Source: Candidatus Poribacteria bacterium
Lineage (GTDB): Bacteria > Poribacteria > WGA-4E > WGA-3G
Reading direction: 5' to 3'
Assembly (NCBI GenBank): GCA_963665235.2
Contig: CAXXLX010000001.1
Span: 416,001-480,000 of the forward strand
DNA length: 64,000 bases
Numbering within the stretch: position 1 is the first letter of the stretch; the number at the start of each line of letters is the position of its first letter. Shown in pieces: positions 10,496 to 18,485 of the stretch. Made by a program: the position numbers and the translations under genes. Below the pieces are notes generated by a model. The model was not told where the DNA came from. It saw only the letters and a list, made by a program, of their open reading frames with translations, and did not search any database.

Positions 10496-11545
10496 TTAAA
10501 ATTCTTGGGTTAATCTACGGTTTCTGATATTCCAAATCCGGACTTTTCCATCTCGGCTGCCCGCAGCAACAAGGTTGCCTGTAGGGCTAATCTGCACAGC
10601 ATAGACCGCATCTGTCGGTTCATTAAACGTACGCCGCCGGTTACCTGTACGGAGATTCCATATAATTACGGAGGTGTCGGCACCGCCGGAGGCGATAATC
10701 TCTTGATTATCCCAAACCCCGCAGTCAACGCTATAAACGGGCCCCTGATGCGCATTGTATTGGCGAACGAGTGCGCCGCGGGTCTCATTTTCACCGTTTT
10801 GCGTGACACGCCAAGAACGGACAACGTTATCGGCGGACCCAGACACAATTAACCCATCCTCCGCTGCATAAGCGAGCGAATAAACCGAATCATCGTTCCC
10901 ATCAAAATTGACGAGGACGGTATAGGTTTCCGGGTGCCACACTTTTAAGGTTTTATCCTCACTCCCGGTGACAAAATAGTTGCCATCCGGATGGTACAAG
11001 GTGCAGAGCACCCTGCCAACGTGTTGTGTGAGCCATTTCGCCTGTTCGTCTATAGGTAGGGTTTCGTCGTGCTGCGATAAATCGATAACAGTACTGTATT
11101 CATCCATGCTTGCGGTGAGCAGTTTTGTGTTATCCGGGCTGATAGCGATAGATTCAACGGTATCGCCATGGATTTCGAGTGTTTTAATGAGGTCTGCCGA
11201 TGCGACATCCCAGATGCGTATTTCGCCACTTCGGGCAGCCAATCCGCCGCTTGCAAATAGGCTTTTGCCATCCTTTGAAAACTTAAGGCATCGCACCCGT
11301 CCAGCGTGCGGTTCATAAGTGTTAACTAGCTGCTGCGTCTCCAAATCCCAAAGTTCGACCCACTGATATTTTCCGACAGCTACTGTTTTGCCATCCGGAC
11401 TAAATTGCAGGGCCCAAACTGGAGATAAGGGGACCGCGTTTTCTTCAACGGGATGCTCCTCTGCCACCGATAGGGTGCCAGGCAGCGTGAAGAGTGCTAA
11501 CGTTATGAACACAGATAAGAGAAGATAGACGTAATTACTTTTCAT
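10496..11545 (-). CDS. Secreted WD40-repeat protein
   Basis: Several WD40 repeats (FSPDGK..VA, SGSADN.VR.W, GSRDGKVRIW); signal peptide from ATG 11545. Confidence 0.9.
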   Translation of the reverse strand: MKSNYVYLLLSVFITLALFTLPGTLSVAEEHPVEENAVPLSPVWALQFSPDGKTVAVGKYQWVELWDLETQQLVNTYEPHAGRVRCLKFSKDGKSLFASGGLAARSGEIRIWDVASADLIKTLEIHGDTVESIAISPDNTKLLTASMDEYSTVIDLSQHDETLPIDEQAKWLTQHVGRVLCTLYHPDGNYFVTGSEDKTLKVWHPETYTVLVNFDGNDDSVYSLAYAAEDGLIVSGSADNVVRSWRVTQNGENETRGALVRQYNAHQGPVYSVDCGVWDNQEIIASGGADTSVIIWNLRTGNRRRTFNEPTDAVYAVQISPTGNLVAAGSRDGKVRIWNIRNRRLTQEF

Positions 11546-11547
11546 CC

Positions 11548-11635
11548 CGCGTCCTCCGTGTCCTCCGCGATAATCCGCGATTTGTGGCTTACTCGCCCCC
11601 GCAAATGCGAACTCATAAAATTGTCCAAAGTTCAG
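11548..11635. mobile_element. MITE family B remnant (one terminal repeat)
   Basis: TCCTCCGCGATAATCCG and terminal ATTGTCCAAAGTTCAG are shared with the complete copy at 40631-41012. Confidence 0.6.
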
Positions 11636-11660
11636 TCTTTTTAGAGACATATTCGATGGC

Positions 11661-11924
11661 TTATTGTGTGCTATTTCCGTTGAGGTCAATATCCTCTAAG
11701 GTTGTAGCGGTGAGTATCTGATCGAAGAGTGTATCAAGCCGTGAGAATTCCTTAATTTCTCGGATTTCCTCTACAACAGTATCAGAGATTTCAGGGAATT
11801 GGTGCGTCAGCAACTTGATAACATACTCTTGTTTGGTGCGGAATTCACCTTGTTCAATGCCTTGTTCAATGCCTTGTGTGATGCCGCGTTGCATTACCTG
11901 TTCGTAAAAAGGAGATTCTTGCAT
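11661..11924 (-). CDS. Stand-alone Rpn C-terminal/DUF4351-like small protein
   Basis: MQESPFYEQVMQRGITQGIEQGIEQG... with GGAGG RBS; no upstream nuclease domain. Confidence 0.75.
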   Translation of the reverse strand: MQESPFYEQVMQRGITQGIEQGIEQGEFRTKQEYVIKLLTHQFPEISDTVVEEIREIKEFSRLDTLFDQILTATTLEDIDLNGNSTQ

Positions 11925-12036
11925 GATTGCCTCCAATTTCTCTTGCTAACGGTTTCCATTAACCAACAGCCACAAGCCATATAATAGTAGGCAGGTGTGA
12001 GGCGCGAACGCCTCACACTACAAAGCTATGCTTGAC

Positions 12037-13350
12037 TTAAGACAGAACCCCTCGGATGGGCCTACCACCGCGTGATAGGACAATTCGGACACCATCCGGT
12101 GACTCTATGCTCTGCTCATAATCGATGCCAAGGCTCTGATAGATAGTTGCCGACAGGTCTTCTGGACGCACTGGCGTTTCAGCTGGCTCCATCCCAAACG
12201 GGTCGGAGGCACCGACTACCTGTCCGCCTTGGACACCACCGCCTGCCATCATGATAGAGAAAACACGCGGATGATGGTCGCGTCCTGCGTTGCGGTTAAT
12301 GACCGGGGTTCTACCAAATTCACCCATCGCCAGCACCATAGTGCTTTCGAGGAGCCCACGCTCAGAGAGGTCACTGATTAAGGTAGCCATCGTCTGGTCA
12401 AAGGCGTTGAGTTTGCCTGGGAGCGATGAGAAGATGTTGTTATGGTTATCCCATCCGCCATTGCTGACGGTAACGAAGTTGACTCCCGCCTCGACAAGTC
12501 TTCGTGCAAGGAGACAGCTCTGTCCGAAGGTGTCGCGCCGGTATGCATCTCGGACCTTCCCCGGTTCTTTAGAGAGGTCAAATGCGTCGCGTGCATCGGG
12601 GGAGCTCATAAGATTGTAAGCGGCGGTATAGAAGCTATCCATTGCCTCTGCTGCAGGGTTTCCTGATTCATATTTCTTGAATGCAGCGTCAATGGCTTCG
12701 CGCAGCGTTCGGCGGTTTTCAACGCGTTCAAAGGTGACACCTCTTGGCGGTTGTAAATCGCGAACTTTGAAGTTTTTGCTTGCCGGGTTGCCGCCTGGTG
12801 AGAACGGGGCAAGAGATGCACCCAGGAATCCTCCACCGCCATAAGCTACCGGGCCTGGGACAGCGATGTAGGGGGGCAATGCGCTCCGCTGTTCTTTGAG
12901 TTTGGAAACGACAGCACCGTGTCCAGGGACAGCGAAGCCGGGAAGCGGTTGATACCCTGTCATCATGTAGTGTGTACCCCGCTCATGCGCGCCTTCTGGT
13001 GAGGTCATTGAGCGGATAATGCAGAGTTTATCTGCCTGTTGGGCAAGCTTCGGCATGTGCTGACTAATCTGGATGCCGGCTACGTTTGTCGGAATCGGTT
13101 TGAAAAGCCCGCGTATTTCTTCGGGTGCTTCGGGCTTAAGATCCCACATGTCAAGGTGGCTTGGGCCGCCGCCTAACCAGACAAGAATGACGGATTTAGC
13201 GGTGCCTTGTTTCGCCGTAGGTGAAGCAATTGCTTGTAACCGGAAGAAGTCGGTCAGGCCAAAACTAAAGAGGCCTAGCACCCCGGCTTTAAGCAGGTCT
13301 CTGCGATAGAATCCTTCACAGTCTGTGTGTGTGCAGTTTCTTTGGGACAT
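12037..13350 (-). CDS. DUF1501 family protein (Tat signal)
   Basis: RRDLLKAG, VWLGGGPSHLDMWDLKP, FGQSCLLARRLVEAGV, GWDNH and GEFGRTP..N..AGRDH. Confidence 0.93.
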   Translation of the reverse strand: MSQRNCTHTDCEGFYRRDLLKAGVLGLFSFGLTDFFRLQAIASPTAKQGTAKSVILVWLGGGPSHLDMWDLKPEAPEEIRGLFKPIPTNVAGIQISQHMPKLAQQADKLCIIRSMTSPEGAHERGTHYMMTGYQPLPGFAVPGHGAVVSKLKEQRSALPPYIAVPGPVAYGGGGFLGASLAPFSPGGNPASKNFKVRDLQPPRGVTFERVENRRTLREAIDAAFKKYESGNPAAEAMDSFYTAAYNLMSSPDARDAFDLSKEPGKVRDAYRRDTFGQSCLLARRLVEAGVNFVTVSNGGWDNHNNIFSSLPGKLNAFDQTMATLISDLSERGLLESTMVLAMGEFGRTPVINRNAGRDHHPRVFSIMMAGGGVQGGQVVGASDPFGMEPAETPVRPEDLSATIYQSLGIDYEQSIESPDGVRIVLSRGGRPIRGVLS

Positions 13351-13436
13351 AGTTAGTCCTCCTCGTATTTTGTACGCGTGTCGGTAGAATTTACCGAGGG
13401 CGCGGTTGAACTTCCCATTAACGTTTGATATCTGGT

Positions 13437-14897
13437 CTACAATCTTTGTCGAAGTTTAAGCGTATTGAGCCATTTTTCAGCTTTCGGTATTGCCGTATCA
13501 AACGGCTCTTTCATCTCAAAGCATTCGGTTTGTCCAGCGTAGATGTGGTGCCAATCGACAATACAAGGTATTTTTCGTTTTTGTAGGTTTCGCATAAGAT
13601 AACCGCGTACCCTTGCCCGCGTATTGCGGGGTGCATTGCAAATGGCATAATTAATTTGTTGTTCAGTAATAATGCGTCTCATACATCCTTCATTCTGAAG
13701 GGCGTAGAAGATGCCTTTTTCCAGGTCGATGTTGTGATATTCTAGGTCAAGACTTTTAAGCCATGAATCGTTCCAATGAAGGTCTTCTTCGGCGATGAGT
13801 GCGTCGAGAAACCATTTCTTCGCCGCCCAATCAATCCGTGTTGTAAGCCGGGTCCAATCCGCTTCAAGGTCGTTGAGGACAGCTTCCCATTGTGTGAGAA
13901 TCCATTCGGTATCGTCAGTAGGTTCGGTTACCATGTCTTTGACGAAATTTACATATTTACGTTGAATATCAACGGCAGAAAGTGTTTTTCCGTTACGCAA
14001 GTCGACCTGCCATGTGAACGTTGCATCTCGTGAGATGTGGCGAATGGCGGCGATTGGGTCAGCGATGTCAAGTTCTGGCAGCGGCAGTCTTTCCCCGTGG
14101 GTTTCATAAAACCGCTCGATAGCGTCAAGTATGAGTGCGGTTGTGCCGACCTTGAGTGCGGTTGCATATTCAGACATATTGGAGTCTCCGACGAGCAGAT
14201 GGAGTCTGCGATATTTGGTATAATCGCTAAGGGGTTCATCGCGTGTATTAATAATGGCTCGGCTGAACTGTATCCATTCATAAATTTCTGTGACGATGTG
14301 GTCTGCGCGTTGTGAGATTTGGTATCCGTGAAAGTCGTCGACGCTGTATTGTCCATCTCCAAATTCGAGGATGTCGTCGTATCCGCCGACTCTGCCCGCG
14401 CCTGCGTAAATTTGGCGTGTGACAAAAAAGGGCAGCAGGGTTGGGATGACAACCCGATAAAACGGTATATCCCTACGGACTTGGAAGTTTTCGTGGCATC
14501 CGAAGGTGGCCCCCGTGAAATGGTCAATATTATTTTTGTAGAAGGCGATATGGTCTGCCAGCCCGGTTTCGTGTAAAATTGCGGTAATGACGCGCTCGAT
14601 AGCTTTATCGTAAGCGATAAGGTCAAAGATATTTGCACATTCAGGCGTAGCATATTCAAGGTGTCCCATGTCAATGTAGAGTCTACCGCCGTTGAAGAGG
14701 AATCCTCCGTTCCCGGGGGGTTCACCCCAGTCGCGATAGTGAAGGTCAGGGATACCGAGTTTGAGTGCTTTAAAGACGTGGTCTCGGACGCGTGCTGAGA
14801 TGCCTTCAGGGGAGACTCTTGCGCGTTTGGTCTGTATCGCCTGTCCCTGTATCATGCACCCAAATTCTGTTTCGATGCCCATGATTCTGTGTGCCAC
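13437..14897 (-). CDS. pafA: Pup/UBact-protein ligase (PafA-like)
   Basis: RIMGIETEFG, NGGRLYID.GHLEYATPEC, KNN.D...TFGCHEN, INTRDEP and RRLHLLVGDSNMSE; lacks the Dop loop; likely GTG start at 14897. Confidence 0.88.
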   Translation of the reverse strand: MAHRIMGIETEFGCMIQGQAIQTKRARVSPEGISARVRDHVFKALKLGIPDLHYRDWGEPPGNGGFLFNGGRLYIDMGHLEYATPECANIFDLIAYDKAIERVITAILHETGLADHIAFYKNNIDHFTGATFGCHENFQVRRDIPFYRVVIPTLLPFFVTRQIYAGAGRVGGYDDILEFGDGQYSVDDFHGYQISQRADHIVTEIYEWIQFSRAIINTRDEPLSDYTKYRRLHLLVGDSNMSEYATALKVGTTALILDAIERFYETHGERLPLPELDIADPIAAIRHISRDATFTWQVDLRNGKTLSAVDIQRKYVNFVKDMVTEPTDDTEWILTQWEAVLNDLEADWTRLTTRIDWAAKKWFLDALIAEEDLHWNDSWLKSLDLEYHNIDLEKGIFYALQNEGCMRRIITEQQINYAICNAPRNTRARVRGYLMRNLQKRKIPCIVDWHHIYAGQTECFEMKEPFDTAIPKAEKWLNTLKLRQRL

Positions 14898-14969
14898 GTT
14901 GCATTCCTCTCGCCGTTTAGTTATATACTGCTGTAGGTTCGATTGCAAACCAGCAGCCTGCCTACGTAC

Positions 14970-15737
14970 TTAAATTTTCCGGGCTGTCTGAATTTCTGCT
15001 TCGCTAAGTAGCCGAAATTTGATGTCCCCAGGTTGTGTAGCATCTAATACGGCTGCCTCAATCTCCCCGGTCTCTAGTTCCGCCTGAATGATGTCATCTA
15101 TCTGTTCGTCCGGTATTTCGGTATTCTCTTTTATATTTTCTAGGTTTTTGCTTAACCCTCTGCCGACCGCCCACGTTTTTAAGGCGAGCTGTAGGGCATC
15201 GGCAAGTTCCAGTTTCGTGGGCTCTGCTGTGTTATCGAGGTAGTTTTGCATTGCCATTTCAATTGGCTCGGTTCCGCCGACGACAGCGAATTGGTTCTGT
15301 GTTTTCACGTTGCCATCGTAGTTGATGTGGGTAAACTGTGTTGTTGTCCCGGTAGCTCCGATTTCAGCGAGCAACATTTTGATGATGTAAGCCTCGCCGA
15401 CAATTGCTTCAAAGGCTTGCTTGAAAGAGTGCGCCAAAACGAAATAGGTGAGCCGGTGTAAGTTTACATCTTCGGTTGCGCTCTGAAAAGCTTGGACACT
15501 TGCGGTATCTGTGACGAGCATTCGGAGTCGTTCGATATCCGCAGGGTGCCCGATTGCAGAGAGGGCAATTCTGTCATGAACTTCAAAGATTTTTCGCGCT
15601 CCCCCACCAACGGTTAAGAGTAGGCTCCCGTGTGCATAAGGTACACCAACGACTGGACTTCTGAGCTGCAGTTGGTCTTCTATATAGTCGCGCCGGTCCT
15701 GAATTGCTTCAATCCAGCGATAGGGCAAGTCTCTCAT
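14970..15737 (-). CDS. prcA: 20S proteasome alpha subunit
   Basis: RKIFEVHDRIALSAIG..ADIERLR motif; located between prcB and pafA. Confidence 0.9.
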   Translation of the reverse strand: MRDLPYRWIEAIQDRRDYIEDQLQLRSPVVGVPYAHGSLLLTVGGGARKIFEVHDRIALSAIGHPADIERLRMLVTDTASVQAFQSATEDVNLHRLTYFVLAHSFKQAFEAIVGEAYIIKMLLAEIGATGTTTQFTHINYDGNVKTQNQFAVVGGTEPIEMAMQNYLDNTAEPTKLELADALQLALKTWAVGRGLSKNLENIKENTEIPDEQIDDIIQAELETGEIEAAVLDATQPGDIKFRLLSEAEIQTARKI

Positions 15738-15755
15738 AATTTTATCCGTTTTGCG

Positions 15756-16664
15756 TTATTCTGTTCGGTGCTCAACTTGTGCTTCTGCGTAGCATTCGGT
15801 TAGGTATGGGTCAGTGAGTGTTAGCACACCGTCCCGGGTGACAGTTTTGACAGTGGGGAAAATTTCGGTTTTTGCGTTGTAGCCGCTTGTGGCTGCGTCA
15901 TATTCACTCGCGATGTCAAAAAGTCTTAACATAGTGATAGTTGCTTGACGTTCATCCATCTTTTCCAATCGGGTTTCGCCCCATCGATTGAGATATTGTA
16001 GTACGCCCCGTATCCAGATGGAGCCGGAGCCGGTTGTTGCAAAGTCGACGTTCTCAAAGTGTGCGCCGAGTGCGTCATAGAAAAAGATTTTTCCGCCATT
16101 TTGTTCCGTTTCCGGTGCTTCAGGTGCATACAAGGCAAAAATCGGTATGACTGCGCCGATGCCTTGCATCGCCATAGGCAAGTTTTCACGTATAAGCCGG
16201 GACAATGTCCGCAATTTTCCCTCAACACTGAGTTCTTGAAGTTGGCTCCGCCGAAAATATTGGAACGAGTGTTTGAGCACTCGCGCCATCTCATAAGCGA
16301 TAGCAGGTGACCCGGAGATAGCGAGTACAGAGTGCGTATCTACCGGTATAACTTTCTCAGCCCTATCATGAATGACAGCGGTGCCCGCGGTTGCCCGGCG
16401 GTCCCCTGCGATGATTATGCCTTTTTGGTACCGCATGGCGATGACTGTTGTGGCTTCCGCGATTTCCAGCGTATCGGCATGTCTCGACATCCGCTGTGGG
16501 TGTTCCTTAAGAACGTGTCGTGGCGAGTTCATACCTGCGGTTTGGAATGGTGCACGCTCCGGATGTTCCATGAATTCAGACGCGTCGGGTGCAGGATTCG
16601 CTGCCGCTAGCAAGGCATCAGCCTGTTTTAAAAGGCTGAGAAAGTCTCCTTTATGATTCATCAT
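15756..16664 (-). CDS. prcB: 20S proteasome beta subunit with propeptide
   Basis: Propeptide followed by TTVIA...IIAGDRRATAG; LSVEGK; TGSGS. Confidence 0.92.
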   Translation of the reverse strand: MMNHKGDFLSLLKQADALLAAANPAPDASEFMEHPERAPFQTAGMNSPRHVLKEHPQRMSRHADTLEIAEATTVIAMRYQKGIIIAGDRRATAGTAVIHDRAEKVIPVDTHSVLAISGSPAIAYEMARVLKHSFQYFRRSQLQELSVEGKLRTLSRLIRENLPMAMQGIGAVIPIFALYAPEAPETEQNGGKIFFYDALGAHFENVDFATTGSGSIWIRGVLQYLNRWGETRLEKMDERQATITMLRLFDIASEYDAATSGYNAKTEIFPTVKTVTRDGVLTLTDPYLTECYAEAQVEHRTE

Positions 16665-16855
16665 TCCCCCGTTCGTTGCCGATATCTCCGGGATTGGTCT
16701 TTGTCAACCCGCCGCATCCGTTTGAGGAGTTCTTGGGTGTCCGGTCTATTGACATCTGGGCGTTTGGGTTCACTATCATCTCCACCATCGCCCGGTTCAA
16801 TCGGTTTTACGGGTCGCTGTTTACGTTCGGGAAAATAGACAATTTTAGGGTTCAT
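16661..16855 (-). CDS. ubact: UBact ubiquitin-like (Pup-like) small protein modifier
   Basis: 64 aa, Pro/charge-rich, LLKRMRRVD, C-terminus RRYRQRTGE matching the R[TS]G[EQ] UBact signature; located between dop and prcB; GGAGG RBS before ATG 16855. Confidence 0.9.
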   Translation of the reverse strand: MNPKIVYFPERKQRPVKPIEPGDGGDDSEPKRPDVNRPDTQELLKRMRRVDKDQSRRYRQRTGE

Positions 16856-16902
16856 CAGAAATTCCTCCATCTCTTTCGGTCTAGCACATGGCTTGTGCTG
16901 TT

Positions 16903-18420
16903 TTAATTTAAACCTAATTTCTCAACGAGGGTTTGAGGGTTAGGGGATTGGTCAAGTGCTTCATTATACTGACGTGCGATTTCTGGGTTTGCCAGTCCAT
17001 TCATATTAATAGTGACGGGACTGCCATTGACTGTGAAGGTAATGCTGTCCCATTGGACGGTTTTTATAGAGTCCTCAAATTTATTGAGGGCTTTTCCACG
17101 AAAATAGGCGCGCGTGTCCGAGGGCGGGTTGGACATAGCCTCATGAATCTGTTCGTCTGTTACAACGCGCTGCATCGGCAGCCCATAGTACAACCCTTCC
17201 TCTTGGTGAATGTTATGATATTCTAAATCGAGGCTCTGTAGCCAGGGGTCATCCCATTGAACGCCTTCCTCTTCAGCGAAGGTTTCAAGCAACCACTTTT
17301 TAGCGACCCAATCGAGTCGGTCGATAAGGGTCATGGGGTCGTTTTCGAGGGCATCGAGCGTCTGTTCCCAGTTTGCCAGTATCCAGTCGGTATCACTATT
17401 TTGATGTGCAACATATTTTTGTGCAAGTGCAAGGTACTCGCGTTGATGGTCAATTGCGCTGATAATTTTGCCATCTTTTTTCTGCAATATCCATCGATAG
17501 GTTTGGTCGTGTGAAATAGTTTTAATGGTATCGATAGGGTTAGCGATTGCAAGTCCTTCAGGGATACGTCGTTGTTCAATTAAATCGATGACGAGTGCGG
17601 TTGTGCCGACCTTGAGTGCGGTTGCGTATTCAGACATATTTGCGTCTCCGACGATACCGTGAAGTCTGCGATATGTTTTTGGGTCCGCGTGCGGTTCGTC
17701 TCGGGTGTTGACGATAGGTCGTTTGTGCATTGTATCCACACTCGCTTCGACGTGAAAGAAATCGGAGCGTTGTGCAAGTTGAAAATGTCCGGGTGTTGCA
17801 AGTCCCGCTTCGGTTTCAATGCCGATTTTGCCGGCTCCGGCAAAAATTTGCCGAGTGACGAAAAAGGGCAAAATGCTGGCTTTGAGATAATCGAAGGGCA
17901 CCTCCCGTGCCATGAGATAGTTGTCGTGGCATCCGTAGCTGTGTCCGTAAAAATCGGTGTTGTTTTTGTATAGGATAACGCGTTTTCCGAGCTGTTCACT
18001 GCGAGTTTCAGCACATTTCTGTAGGATACGTTCTCCGGCCTTGTCGTGTGCAACGAGTTCGAAGATATTTTGACACTCCGGTGTTGCGTATTCTGGGTGT
18101 GCATGGTCATTGTAGAGTCTTGCGCCGTTGATAAGGATTCGGTCACTTTTGATTTCAAGAAAGGAGCGGCCAGATTCTTGTTCGGCCCGTTCGCGGTCTC
18201 GCTTTTCCTCCTTAACTTCATCAGGGTGATTATTGAGTTGTTTTGCGCGGAAGCCGCGTTCATCTCGAAACGGGTCTTCCCCCCGGTAATCCCAAATCGG
18301 CAAAAAAGGCTCGCGCCGATAACTCTTAATCAGCTCAATGGATTCCCTGACGGGGTCAATTTGTTCGGCATTTTCAAGGGTAATGCCGTATTCGGTTTCA
18401 ATCCCAAAAAGTCTGTGCAT
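16903..18420 (-). CDS. dop: Dop-like deamidase/deconjugase
   Basis: RLFGIETEYG, Dop loop WDYRGEDPFRDERGF, NGARLYNDHAHPEY, KNNTD..G.SYGCH and IVNTRDEPHAD. Confidence 0.88.
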   Translation of the reverse strand: MHRLFGIETEYGITLENAEQIDPVRESIELIKSYRREPFLPIWDYRGEDPFRDERGFRAKQLNNHPDEVKEEKRDRERAEQESGRSFLEIKSDRILINGARLYNDHAHPEYATPECQNIFELVAHDKAGERILQKCAETRSEQLGKRVILYKNNTDFYGHSYGCHDNYLMAREVPFDYLKASILPFFVTRQIFAGAGKIGIETEAGLATPGHFQLAQRSDFFHVEASVDTMHKRPIVNTRDEPHADPKTYRRLHGIVGDANMSEYATALKVGTTALVIDLIEQRRIPEGLAIANPIDTIKTISHDQTYRWILQKKDGKIISAIDHQREYLALAQKYVAHQNSDTDWILANWEQTLDALENDPMTLIDRLDWVAKKWLLETFAEEEGVQWDDPWLQSLDLEYHNIHQEEGLYYGLPMQRVVTDEQIHEAMSNPPSDTRAYFRGKALNKFEDSIKTVQWDSITFTVNGSPVTINMNGLANPEIARQYNEALDQSPNPQTLVEKLGLN

Positions 18421-18485
18421 ACTTCGCGCTTTCCCTTAGTAGTCAGCACTTTCCGTGTGATGGTGCTGCGATGAAGGGGAATAGT

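Noticed and set aside
11546-11689. N-terminal extension of the WD40 ORF
   Set aside because: It runs through a MITE remnant; the signal peptide begins at ATG 11545
16661-16870. Calling the modifier actinobacterial Pup
   Set aside because: It ends in RTGE rather than GG[QE], which fits UBact
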